A stretch of DNA of 64,000 nucleotides from Selenomonadaceae bacterium (GTDB lineage Bacteria; Bacillota; Negativicutes; Selenomonadales; Selenomonadaceae), in contig JAFSWY010000172.1 in assembly GCA_017444295.1 (NCBI GenBank), forward strand, positions 7,548 to 71,547, written 5' to 3'. Positions 15,467 to 23,870 of this stretch are shown here, piece by piece (position 1 is the stretch's first letter; each line of letters begins with the position of its first letter). Both the position numbers and the translations under genes were made by a program. The notes beneath the pieces are model-generated. The model saw only the letters and a program-made list of their open reading frames with translations, was not told where the DNA came from and made no database searches.

Positions 15467-16033
15467 TCAATAGCCTTTCAGCGTACGATACTTCTCCTGG
15501 TTCGTCTCGTAAAGGCTGTTGCCTTCGCAGTCGATGACGACAATTGCCGGAAAGTCCTCCACCGTGAGACGGGCCACGGCCTCAGGGCCAAGCTCCGGAT
15601 AGGCGAGCACCTCATACTTCTTGACGGACTTCGCGATCAGGGCAGCAGCGCCGCCAACCGCAGCAAAATAAGTCACGCCGTTCTTCTTCATGGAGTCAAT
15701 GACTTCCTTGGAACGGGAGCCCTTTCCGATCATGCCCGTGATGCCCTGCTCCAGCATCGTCGGCGTGTAGGCATCCATGCGTCCCGAGGTCGTGGGACCG
15801 CAGGAGCCGATGGGATCGCCAGGCTTCGCCGGCGTCGGGCCGAGATAGTACACCACCTGGTTGTTCCAGTCCACAGGAAGCTTCTCGCCACGGGCAAGGG
15901 CCTCTGTCATGGCCTTGTGGGCGGCATCGCGGGCCGAGATGACCTCTCCCGTGATGAGCACGGCGTCGCCTGCACGGAGTTTCTTGGACATCTCCTTGGT
16001 AAAGGGAGTTTGAATACGAATCTGTTCAGCCAT
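15467..16033 (-). CDS. Class I (Fe-S) fumarate hydratase, beta subunit
   Basis: GDAVLITGEVISARDAAHK...YYLGPTPAKPG...GRMD...GKGSR, the Fe-S hydro-lyase beta type. Confidence 0.9.
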   Translation of the reverse strand: MAEQIRIQTPFTKEMSKKLRAGDAVLITGEVISARDAAHKAMTEALARGEKLPVDWNNQVVYYLGPTPAKPGDPIGSCGPTTSGRMDAYTPTMLEQGITGMIGKGSRSKEVIDSMKKNGVTYFAAVGGAAALIAKSVKKYEVLAYPELGPEAVARLTVEDFPAIVVIDCEGNSLYETNQEKYRTLKGY

Positions 16034-16057
16034 TATTGCATCCTCCTATCTCTCGTC

Positions 16058-16900
16058 TCACAGCTCACGGTGTGCATGGCGCATTGCATGGCAGCAAATC
16101 GTGACCGCCACGGGAAGGCCCGCAATATGCGTGGGACCCCACTCGATGTTGACGGCCAATGCCGAGGTCGTGCCGCCGAGCTGCGGGCCGATGCCCGTCT
16201 GGTTGATGAGTTCAAGGAGCTCCTCCTCCAACTTTGCGTACTCCGGCATGGGATTGCGCTGGTCAATGGAGCGGGTGAGTGCCTTCTTCGACATGAGAGC
16301 CGCCCGATCCATCGTTCCACCGATACCGATGCCGACCACCATGGGAGGGCAGGGATTCATGCTGGCATGGAGGATGATCTCCATGACGGCCTTCTTGACG
16401 CCTTCCACACCATCGGCAGGAACAAGCATCTTGATGCCGGACTTGTTCTCCGAACCAAACCCCTTCGGTGCAATCGTGATATCCAGTTTGTCCCCCGGCA
16501 CGATTTCCGTGTAGATGACACCCGGCGTATTGTCCTGGGTGTTCTTGCGGTTGAAGAGCGGCTCAGCCACCACGGATTTCCGAAGGTAGCCCTCCGTATA
16601 GCCCTTGGCGATACCGGCATTCACTGCATCCTCCAGATTGCCACCCGTGATATGGAGATCCTGCCCTATCTTCAGGAACACGATGGTCATGCCCGTGTCC
16701 TGGCAATAGGGGCGGTCCTCCGCCCTGGCAATCTCCGCATTGCGGATGATCTGGTCAAGCACCACCTGGCCCACCGGGGACTTCTCCGTCTCACGGCCGC
16801 GCTTGAGGCCGTTGTAGACATCCTCCGGCAGATAGTAGGCCGCTTCCTTGCACATCTCGGCCACATTCTCCGTGATGGTCTTTACGTCGAGTTCTCGCAA
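16058..16900 (-). CDS. Class I (Fe-S) fumarate hydratase, alpha subunit
   Basis: PYCQDTGMTIVFLKIG...MNPCPPMVVGIGIGGT...VTICCHA, the Fe-S hydro-lyase alpha type. Confidence 0.9.
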   Translation of the reverse strand: MRELDVKTITENVAEMCKEAAYYLPEDVYNGLKRGRETEKSPVGQVVLDQIIRNAEIARAEDRPYCQDTGMTIVFLKIGQDLHITGGNLEDAVNAGIAKGYTEGYLRKSVVAEPLFNRKNTQDNTPGVIYTEIVPGDKLDITIAPKGFGSENKSGIKMLVPADGVEGVKKAVMEIILHASMNPCPPMVVGIGIGGTMDRAALMSKKALTRSIDQRNPMPEYAKLEEELLELINQTGIGPQLGGTTSALAVNIEWGPTHIAGLPVAVTICCHAMRHAHREL

Positions 16901-16983
16901 AGTAATCCCTCCCTAAAATATAACAGCATAAATTCTGGCATACTCCATATCTTTTCTATTAGACATCGAAAAAGAAACTCCTG

Positions 16984-17005
16984 CTAAATTTCCAAAGAAA
17001 TTTAG
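16984..17005. promoter_or_regulatory. AT-rich perfect palindrome upstream of the fumarate hydratase-sdh operon (candidate operator)
   Basis: CTAAATTTC-caaa-GAAATTTAG, a 9-bp arm inverted repeat, about 85-105 nt upstream of the start at 16900. Confidence 0.3.
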
Positions 17006-17037
17006 GAAATTTATTTCGACCATAAATATGAAGTCTG

Positions 17038-17526
17038 TCAGCCTTGCTCCCCCATACGGTAAACCTTGATTTCAGGCGGTTTTCCCGGCAGAAGCTCTGC
17101 CGTCATGAAGGACGGGCGCATCTCATCCCTGGGTCGGGATGCGCTGCCGGGATTCAAGACGCAGATCCTGCCCTTCTCGCAGTACACGCGATGCGTATGT
17201 CCGTAGACGGCAATGTCACATCCCGCCTCCTTGGCAGCCTCCAGCAAAATACCCGTTCCATGGTTCACATCATAGGTATGTCCATGGGCGAGAAAGATCT
17301 TGTGGCCTGCAGCCTCGACCACCGTCTCGTTGGGAACATCCGTCCTCGGCCAGTCCCCATTGCCCGCTACCTTCACCACGCCGGTATCCGACAGCTTCTC
17401 CAGATACCTTGCATCATCGACGAAATCCCCCGCATGAAGCCAGAGCTCCACTTCGGGTGCCACCTCCAGAACGGCCTCCACCGCCCCCATATTGCCATGG
17501 GTATCACTTACGATTCCTATTTTCAT
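17038..17526 (-). CDS. YfcE/MJ0936-family metallophosphoesterase (YsnB-like)
   Basis: SDTHGN...HAGD...GNGD...HGH...GHTH motif series. Confidence 0.9.
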   Translation of the reverse strand: MKIGIVSDTHGNMGAVEAVLEVAPEVELWLHAGDFVDDARYLEKLSDTGVVKVAGNGDWPRTDVPNETVVEAAGHKIFLAHGHTYDVNHGTGILLEAAKEAGCDIAVYGHTHRVYCEKGRICVLNPGSASRPRDEMRPSFMTAELLPGKPPEIKVYRMGEQG

Positions 17527-17530
17527 GTAT

Positions 17531-19228
17531 TCACCTCCCCGATTTTGCTAACAATCGAACTTCCAATGCACAAAGCGGTTTTTTTGACAAAATCACATTC
17601 TCATTGTGCGACCAGGCACTCCAGTCGCTGCCAGCCCCACGCACACGGAACCGAAGCCAGTATTTCTCCCCTCCGCGATCATCCATCCGCATCCTGATCC
17701 CGAAAACAGGCTTCGCCTTTCCCTCGGAATCTATTGCCTCCGCAACCGATCCATTCGATGCTGCCCCTCCCCAACCACAGGCAGGAGAATATACCTCATA
17801 AAAAATAGAAAAAAACGAGGATGAAAAAAACAGCTTCAATGCCTCTATGGGAGCATCCCCTTCACCATTGCAAGAGATGCCCTCCATGACAGGCAATTCC
17901 CATGCGCCTTGCGATCTTATGCAATAAATCAAACACGGCCTTCCTAAGCGCTTCTCCGGAACACCGGAAGAAAATTCATTCTGGCAAAGCAACTGGTGCA
18001 TTTTCTGGCAAACTTTATAAAAATCAAATTTTTTGATAAACTGCACATCCCTGCCCAAATAGAAGTCACACCATTGGAGAAGGTATTCATGATATGCATA
18101 TTTCCAGCTGTCATCGTCATCGAATGCACCATATGTCTCCAAAACAAATCTTTTCCAATAAAACGTAGGGCCAAGCAAACAAACGCCATATGCACGATGT
18201 GCATAGAGAAAATTCATCGACACATCAACGATATACCAGTCAATCCCCGATGCCTCGTTGACCAGGCACTGTGAAGCCAATGTATCGTCGTTCACACGGG
18301 TCAACATGGTAAATTTCGTTCCCGGTTTGCAAAAAAGCGCCCAATGGCTGAGAGACCCCATGATGCAGGCCACCTCTTCCGCATGGGAAAGAATGGCAAT
18401 CTGCTCGGCAATGGAAAAATTCTCCGGCTCAATGACGGAAAATCCTTTGTCGGCATAAAATCTCTCAAAGTACGCATCGTTGCAGCAAACCGTTTCCGTC
18501 GAGGAAAGTCCTGACCGCGTCAGAAAAATCTTTTTGCCCAAAAGATGCCGCACGCCTTCCGGGCTGCCCGCCCTTTCCGCCATGCAACGATAGGGGATGA
18601 GATACTCCTTCGTATAATTGCACCAACTGTGCACAGCCTCTTCCGGAATCGTCACGGAACGGAACCGCGCCGGGCGCTCGACCAGCAAAATTCTTTCCCT
18701 TGGTATACCAAGCAATTCAAGGAAAGGGGCATACCAAGCTGCTGTCCCCATAATGCAGAGGAACGCAACTTTCCCATTCTCCCTCACCGCATCCCGGTCA
18801 TCGGCCGGTGTTTTTCTGGGACTATTGGGGGGGGGGGGGAGCATATACCACATCCTGCCAAAACATTCCAGGAGAAAGTGCCCAAAGTGGTTTATCAGGA
18901 CACCGCCGTACACAATATCCTCGTTCACGTCGGTGATGTCCGAGTCCTTCACCTGATAGGACGCATTGACGCCATAAAATCCCCCGGCGGGAGGTTCCTC
19001 CCCATCCCGTATTAGGCCCGCCACAAACCGAAACGCGCCGTCACAGGCACCGCCGCTGTACTCCCCCTTGGCACGATCCCGGAGAATCGGCGGAAGGAGA
19101 ATCCCCCCTTCCAGCTTTTGGACTTTCAACGTCCGTTCCGAATAGCGGCTGACCCTGCATACATCCCGCCATTGCTCGTAATTCTGTGCATAGACCCTTT
19201 TCCTGATCTCTTCCTCGGGAATACTCAT
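17531..19228 (-). CDS. GT61/DUF563-type glycosyltransferase with C-terminal ChW-like repeats (565 aa)
   Basis: GGVLINHFGHFLLECFGRMWY is the DUF563 signature. Three C-terminal repeats of the G-W...G...IEA..L type resemble clostridial hydrophobic-W repeats. Confidence 0.65.
   Translation of the reverse strand: MSIPEEEIRKRVYAQNYEQWRDVCRVSRYSERTLKVQKLEGGILLPPILRDRAKGEYSGGACDGAFRFVAGLIRDGEEPPAGGFYGVNASYQVKDSDITDVNEDIVYGGVLINHFGHFLLECFGRMWYMLPPPPNSPRKTPADDRDAVRENGKVAFLCIMGTAAWYAPFLELLGIPRERILLVERPARFRSVTIPEEAVHSWCNYTKEYLIPYRCMAERAGSPEGVRHLLGKKIFLTRSGLSSTETVCCNDAYFERFYADKGFSVIEPENFSIAEQIAILSHAEEVACIMGSLSHWALFCKPGTKFTMLTRVNDDTLASQCLVNEASGIDWYIVDVSMNFLYAHRAYGVCLLGPTFYWKRFVLETYGAFDDDDSWKYAYHEYLLQWCDFYLGRDVQFIKKFDFYKVCQKMHQLLCQNEFSSGVPEKRLGRPCLIYCIRSQGAWELPVMEGISCNGEGDAPIEALKLFFSSSFFSIFYEVYSPACGWGGAASNGSVAEAIDSEGKAKPVFGIRMRMDDRGGEKYWLRFRVRGAGSDWSAWSHNENVILSKKPLCALEVRLLAKSGR
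18827..18839. repeat. Homopolymeric G13 (C13 on the coding strand) inside the GT61 gene
   Basis: Counted directly. The coding strand reads CTC CCC CCC CCC CCC AAT, which encodes L-PPPP-N, in frame in this sequence. Confidence 0.95.
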
Positions 19229-19827
19229 TCCACTTCCTCCCCAAGAATCTCGCGCAGTCTTTCCACCATCTTGTGGAGGGCCTCTCCCCGATGGCTGATC
19301 CTGTCCTTTTCCTCCAGGGACATCTCTGCAATGGTCCGGTTTCCCACATAAAAATACGGGTCATAGCCAAAACCGTTCGTTCCCCTCGCTGCCTTCCCCA
19401 CAACACCGTCACAACGTCCCTCCGTGAGGATCTCCGTCCCGTCCGTATCATGGAACACCAGGGCACAACGATAATCCGCCGGGGATTCCTCCACACCTGC
19501 ACGATCCAGTTCCTGCAGGAGCTTGGCATTGTTCGTGGCATCGTCGGCATGGGTGCCGGAAAAACGGGCAGAATACACACCGGGAGCACCGCCCAGCACT
19601 GCGACTTCCAGGCCGGAATCATCGGCAATGCAGGCACAGCCCGTCTTTTCACAATAGAACCGGGCCTTGATCCTGGCATTCTCCTCAAAGGTTTTCCCGT
19701 CCTCCACCGCTTCCGGAAGCTCGCCAAAATCTGCCAATGAGAGCACCTTCACCGGCAAATCGAGGAAGGCATTCGTCATCTCGCGGAGCTTCCCCTTATT
19801 CTTTGTCGCAATCACGATTTTCTTCAT
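19225..19827 (-). CDS. rdgB: dITP/XTP pyrophosphatase
   Basis: MKKIVIATKNKGKLREM...GFGYDPYF...SHRG. The start was trimmed to ATG 19827; the track ORF has a spurious 59-codon extension. Confidence 0.92.
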   Translation of the reverse strand: MKKIVIATKNKGKLREMTNAFLDLPVKVLSLADFGELPEAVEDGKTFEENARIKARFYCEKTGCACIADDSGLEVAVLGGAPGVYSARFSGTHADDATNNAKLLQELDRAGVEESPADYRCALVFHDTDGTEILTEGRCDGVVGKAARGTNGFGYDPYFYVGNRTIAEMSLEEKDRISHRGEALHKMVERLREILGEEVE

Positions 19828-19846
19828 GCCGCACCCCAGTCCCGAA

Positions 19847-20593
19847 TCATCCAACACGTCCCACTCGCCAAACCAGCTGTCCGCCCAATGCATCCTTCTG
19901 TCGGGATATGAGTTTCTCGATGCCTTGCCCGCCATAGCCCAGGAGCACATCCATCTCCTGCCGTGAAAAAGGGCGGCCCTCGCCGGTTCCCTGTACCTCC
20001 ACAAACTGCCCCTCGCCTGTCATGACCACATTCATGTCCACCAGGGCCTTGGAATCCTCCTCATAGCAGAGATCGAGAATCGGCTCTCCCTCATGGGAAA
20101 TCCCCACGGAAACCGCCGCGAGAAAATCCTTCACAGGAAAAGCATTTCCGGGCTTGTAGAAGGTCTCGCATGCCTCCACCAGAGCAATGAACGCCCCTGT
20201 GATGGAGGCCGTTCTCGTACCGCCATCCGCCTGCAGTACATCGCAGTCAATCATGACGGTGCGCTCCCCCAGAGCCTTCATGTCCACCACAGAGCGCAGG
20301 GAGCGGCCGATGAGCCGCTGTATCTCCTGGGTTCTCCCCGACTGCCTTCCACGGGATGCCTCCCTCTGGGCGCGCGTAGACGTTGCCCCGGGGAGCAGGG
20401 AATACTCTGCCTTCACCCAGCCCTCGCCGGTTCCCTTGAGGAAAAACGGGACATGATCTTCCACGGATGCGGCACAGATGACCTTCGTATTCCCCATTTC
20501 AATGAGCACAGAGCCATCGGGATACCGCTGGAATCCCCGCGTCAGCCGCAAAGGCCGCATTTCATCCGGTCTGCGTCCATCCGGTCTTGGCAT
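19847..20593 (-). CDS. rph: Ribonuclease PH
   Basis: [43 protein letters not shown]...[19 protein letters not shown]. The start was trimmed to ATG 20593. Confidence 0.93.
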   Translation of the reverse strand: MPRPDGRRPDEMRPLRLTRGFQRYPDGSVLIEMGNTKVICAASVEDHVPFFLKGTGEGWVKAEYSLLPGATSTRAQREASRGRQSGRTQEIQRLIGRSLRSVVDMKALGERTVMIDCDVLQADGGTRTASITGAFIALVEACETFYKPGNAFPVKDFLAAVSVGISHEGEPILDLCYEEDSKALVDMNVVMTGEGQFVEVQGTGEGRPFSRQEMDVLLGYGGQGIEKLISRQKDALGGQLVWRVGRVG

Positions 20594-20666
20594 AGTCTCC
20601 TTCACTCCCGTCAAAGAAAAATGAGGCCCTTCCTGCAAGACCTCATCCACTTTTCAAAAAACGTGC

Positions 20667-21329
20667 TCACTGTTTCTCCTGATACTGCCTGTAGTTCTTG
20701 ATGATGCAGATCGGTGTCTTCTGGGAGGCATTGCCGAAGGGATTGTCGATGAGAAGCTTCGCCGCAAGTTCGCCGTTCAGCCCCTTGCTTACCCCTACGA
20801 CACGGGAACGCTTGAGATCATTGACATCGGCAATCATGGCGCCGAAACAGCCCATACGCTCCTTGATCCGGCCTGCCACATCATCGGGATCCTTCGGCCC
20901 GTAGACGATGCACTTGTCAAAGGGCGGCATGGTTCCCGTCACATCATCAATAAGAGCCGTCTGCTCTCCGCCCCACTTGTAGAAAAGCCCTCCCTGTCCC
21001 ACAAGCTTTCCGAGAAAACCGGCAAAAAGCGCAAAAGCCACACGCCATTTCCCCTCCACATCCATCAGGGACTGCATGCCATGGGGACTTGCCAGGCTGC
21101 CGTAATCCGGAATAAAGCGGCAGCAGAACTGCGCCACCCGCGAAATCCTCAGATCTTCGGGACGCACAAAGCGCCCCTGGGTAATCGCCACAACGCTTTC
21201 CGCGCAGCAGACGATATCATCTTTTTCTATCTTCTGCCGCGTATAGTGCTCGATGCTGTCCACGATATCATCTTTTTCTGTCAGGATGCGCGTAGGCACC
21301 GGTATCAATTCCATCTCTGCCATGGTCAT
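20667..21329 (-). CDS. CofE-like (F420-0:gamma-glutamyl ligase fold) protein
   Basis: General resemblance to the CofE domain ([16 protein letters not shown]...ALIDDVTG...ADVNDL). Function in a non-F420 organism is unknown. Confidence 0.55.
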   Translation of the reverse strand: MTMAEMELIPVPTRILTEKDDIVDSIEHYTRQKIEKDDIVCCAESVVAITQGRFVRPEDLRISRVAQFCCRFIPDYGSLASPHGMQSLMDVEGKWRVAFALFAGFLGKLVGQGGLFYKWGGEQTALIDDVTGTMPPFDKCIVYGPKDPDDVAGRIKERMGCFGAMIADVNDLKRSRVVGVSKGLNGELAAKLLIDNPFGNASQKTPICIIKNYRQYQEKQ

Positions 21330-21335
21330 CCCTCC

Positions 21336-21887
21336 TCAATATTTTGCCGGCGCAACGCCTGCAAGAGCAGCAATCTCTGACGCCGGAAGCAAAACACGTA
21401 TTTTGCGGTAACGCCAGGGCATGCGTCCCACTTCCATCCAAATGAGTTCCAAGGGAAGATCCACCATATGCTCCAATGCCTCCTTGAGCTTCATGCCCTT
21501 GCGGGCCGTCAGGCGCACCTTCATGAGAATGTTCAGCCGGTCCAGCTTGTCTCCCTTTTTATAGACGAGCACCGCCTCGAAATAATCATCCTCACGGGGG
21601 CAGCCTTCGCATTCCGCCTTGCCCCGCGCATCAATGCCGTCATACTGCTCATAGGGAAGCTGCGGGCGCACGAAAGCATCCATGATAGTGGCACACTGCT
21701 TGCCTTCATTGACAAAGGGAATCTTCGTGGAAAGGAGAATGCTCTCCTCCGTCTGTTCCTCCACCTCAAAAGGTGTACGCTGCTCCGGATATACAACCAG
21801 TTTCTCCAGCCCCACTGCCGCGAAATAGAGCTTCACAAGAATGAAGCTGAACACGGCCAGCCCAATGATTCCATACAATACAACCAA
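21336..21887 (-). CDS. Hypothetical membrane-anchored protein
   Basis: Single N-terminal TM segment (VVLYGIIGLAVFSFILVKLYF). I recognise no other motif. Confidence 0.5.
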   Translation of the reverse strand: MVVLYGIIGLAVFSFILVKLYFAAVGLEKLVVYPEQRTPFEVEEQTEESILLSTKIPFVNEGKQCATIMDAFVRPQLPYEQYDGIDARGKAECEGCPREDDYFEAVLVYKKGDKLDRLNILMKVRLTARKGMKLKEALEHMVDLPLELIWMEVGRMPWRYRKIRVLLPASEIAALAGVAPAKY

Positions 21888-21898
21888 AACAATGCCCC

Positions 21899-22339
21899 CT
21901 AATTTCCCTTTGCGGCTTTTTCCGCTTCTTCGGCCGCCATGGCAGCCTCCAGTTTCAAGTAATACTTGTCGGGAAGCCGCGTGATATGTCCGGTCTCCCT
22001 GCTCGTGTAGACATTCTGTGTATGCCCCGTCACAAGCACCGTGCCGTCGGATTTTCTCAGCACACGATAGTCAAAGGCCATCTTGACCCTTGTCAAGGCT
22101 GTCGCGGTGGTCTCAATGACAAGATCGTCATCATAGTATCCCGGCGAGAGATATTTCGCCTGCACATCCGTAATGGGAAAGACGAAACCATCCTCCATCA
22201 TGTCATTCAGCGTGATGCCAATGGATCTTAAATACTCCACCCTGCCAATCTCAAACCAACGGATGTAGTTCGCATGGTGAACCACCTCCATCGCATCCGT
22301 GTCATAGAAATTCACCCTGTATTCCGCAACCACTGACAA
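21899..22339 (-). CDS. YbgC/4HBT-family acyl-CoA thioesterase
   Basis: YRVNFYDTDAMEVVHHANYIRWFEIGR is a hotdog-fold signature. TTG start with AGGAGG 7 nt upstream. Confidence 0.85.
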   Translation of the reverse strand: MSVVAEYRVNFYDTDAMEVVHHANYIRWFEIGRVEYLRSIGITLNDMMEDGFVFPITDVQAKYLSPGYYDDDLVIETTATALTRVKMAFDYRVLRKSDGTVLVTGHTQNVYTSRETGHITRLPDKYYLKLEAAMAAEEAEKAAKGN

Positions 22340-22432
22340 ATATATTCCTCCTGTTCACGGCCCCCGCAAGGAGCAGCTTCCAACAATCTCCAATATAGCC
22401 TAGACCAATCCTCATGCAAAGTCAAGCATTTT

Positions 22433-23215
22433 TCAACGGATGGCATCCATATCGTCCAAGCGGGCCAGATAGGACTGCAAACGCTCCAGTTCCACAGGGT
22501 CATCCACCTTCCGCCCGGAATAGAAATACTCCACAGAGAAAGGCTGCTCCTCCAGGGCATCCCTCTTCCCGAGCTGGCGGATGAGTTCCCTGACCGTCCC
22601 CTCATTGCCGTCCACAAAATGCACGTTGTCCGGCAGGATCTCCCGAAAAGTATCCTTGAAGTAATTGAAATGGGTACAGCCAAGCACCAGAGCGGAATAC
22701 CTGGAAAAATCGTAGGGAGCCATCTGCCGCTGCAGATAATCCGAGACCTCCGGGGAACGGAATTCCGCCCGCTCCGCAAATTCCACCAATCTCGGCAGGG
22801 GCAGGAGATCCACGAGATGTTCCCTGTCCACATGCTCGATGAGAACCTTCATTTTTTGCCCGCTGACCGTGATGGGCGTCGCCACCACCAGCACCCGATG
22901 TTCCCCATCCAGATCCAGGGCCCGCTTCGCCGCCGGCTCCATGCCGATAATCGGGATGCCATAGCGGCTCCGCATCTCCTTCACCGCCACGCTCGTGGCC
23001 GTGTTGCAGGCCGTGACGATAGCCTTCACGCCCTTCCCCACAAGAAAGTCAAAGGCCTCCCCAACGAATTCCATGACCTGTTCCCGCGGCTTCACGCCAT
23101 AGGGAACATGATCCTCATCCGCAAAGAAGATGAACTGCTCCCGCGGCAGGACCTTCATGGCATGATGCAGCACCGCCAGCCCGCCGATGCCAGAGTCAAA
23201 AAAAGCGATTTTCAT
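22433..23215 (-). CDS. murI: Glutamate racemase
   Basis: IAFFDSGIGGL...IVTACNTAT...LVLGCTHF. Confidence 0.95.
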   Translation of the reverse strand: MKIAFFDSGIGGLAVLHHAMKVLPREQFIFFADEDHVPYGVKPREQVMEFVGEAFDFLVGKGVKAIVTACNTATSVAVKEMRSRYGIPIIGMEPAAKRALDLDGEHRVLVVATPITVSGQKMKVLIEHVDREHLVDLLPLPRLVEFAERAEFRSPEVSDYLQRQMAPYDFSRYSALVLGCTHFNYFKDTFREILPDNVHFVDGNEGTVRELIRQLGKRDALEEQPFSVEYFYSGRKVDDPVELERLQSYLARLDDMDAIR

Positions 23216-23266
23216 ACACGATTCCTTATTTCAAAAAATACCAACCCCAATGTATTCCAATGTATT

Positions 23267-23390
23267 ATAACGCATAGTTCAAATTTTGCCAACGGCAAAA
23301 TATTCTTATTGTCGTTTCGACGGACTTGTTCCGTCATAACGCATAGTTCAAATTTTGCCAACGGCAAAATATTCTTATTGTCGTTTCGAC
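23267..23390. repeat. Tandem duplication of a 55-nt promoter-bearing module (period 69 nt)
   Basis: ATAACGCATAGTTCAAATTTTGCCAACGGCAAAATATTCTTATTGTCGTTTCGAC occurs at 23267-23321 and 23336-23390, separated by the palindrome GACGGActtgtTCCGTC. On the minus strand it reads TTGGCA, 17 nt, TATAAT (23264-23292), facing murI. Confidence 0.85.
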
Positions 23391-23392
23391 AT

Positions 23393-23421
23393 TTGACATC
23401 CTCTTTTTCATTTGCTATACT
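23393..23421 (+). promoter_or_regulatory. Consensus sigma70 promoter of tRNA-Ser
   Basis: TTGACA, 17 nt, TATACT, ending 11 nt before the tRNA 5-prime end. Confidence 0.7.
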
Positions 23422-23432
23422 GAACCTGCTAC

Positions 23433-23521
23433 GGAGAGGTGTCCGAGTGGTTTAAGGAGCTGGTCTTGAAAACCAGTGATGCGGCAACGCAACTTGGGTT
23501 CGAAACCCACCCTCTCCGCCA
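23433..23521 (+). tRNA. tRNA-Ser (anticodon UGA), long variable arm, encoded CCA
   Basis: Acceptor GGAGAGG/CCTCTCC. Anticodon stem-loop CTGGT-CTTGAAA-ACCAG. T-arm GGTTCGAAACC. Confidence 0.9.
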
Positions 23522-23533
23522 TAAGAAACGACA

Positions 23534-23576
23534 GCCCATCCCCCAGGATAAATTCCTCTGAGGGATGGGCTTTTTT
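23534..23576 (+). terminator. Intrinsic terminator after tRNA-Ser
   Basis: GCCCATCCC...GGGATGGGC stem followed by TTTTTT. Confidence 0.8.
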
Positions 23577-23632
23577 CTGCAGGTTTTCCTGCAATGGAAA
23601 AGCACGCCCTTTGGCGTGCTTCTTTGGCAATA

Positions 23633-23709
23633 TGGTGGCGGCACAGAGACTTGAACTCCGGACACTGCGGGTATGAACCGCATGCTCTAGCCAGCTGAGC
23701 TATGCCGCC
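23633..23709 (-). tRNA. tRNA with CAU anticodon: elongator Met, or Ile2 if lysidine-modified
   Basis: Reverse complement: GGCGGCATAGCTCAGCTGGCTAGAGCATGCGGTTCATACCCGCAGTGTCCGGAGTTCAAGTCTCTGTGCCGCCACCA. Confidence 0.88.
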
Positions 23710-23710
23710 A

Positions 23711-23799
23711 TGGTGGTGGGCAGGGATGGATTCGAACCATCGTAATCCGAAGATGACAGATTTACAGTCTGTTGCCTTTAACCACTCGGCCACCTACCC
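23711..23799 (-). tRNA. tRNA-Tyr (anticodon GUA), long variable arm
   Basis: Reverse complement begins GGGTAGGTGGCCGAGTGG. Anticodon loop CTGTAAA. The 3-prime end reads GGTTCGAATCCATCCCTGCCCACCA. Confidence 0.88.
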
Positions 23800-23870
23800 G
23801 ATACATCAGCGCAATGCACCGACGACAAACAATAGTATACGCATCCAGAGGATGCTTGTCAACAAAGGAA

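Noticed and set aside
19828-20004. Long N-terminal extensions in the ORF track for rdgB, rph, korA, korB, korD, ptsI, ptsH and the FIST-GGDEF gene.
   Set aside because: The internal ATGs are preceded by good ribosome-binding sites, align with the canonical N-termini of each family, and remove implausible overlaps with upstream genes. The starts were trimmed accordingly.
23267-23390. Tandem direct repeats that might suggest a CRISPR array.
   Set aside because: There are only two copies. The unit is 55 nt with a 14-nt palindromic spacer. No cas genes are present. The unit reads as a sigma70 promoter. A second locus has the same two-unit architecture.
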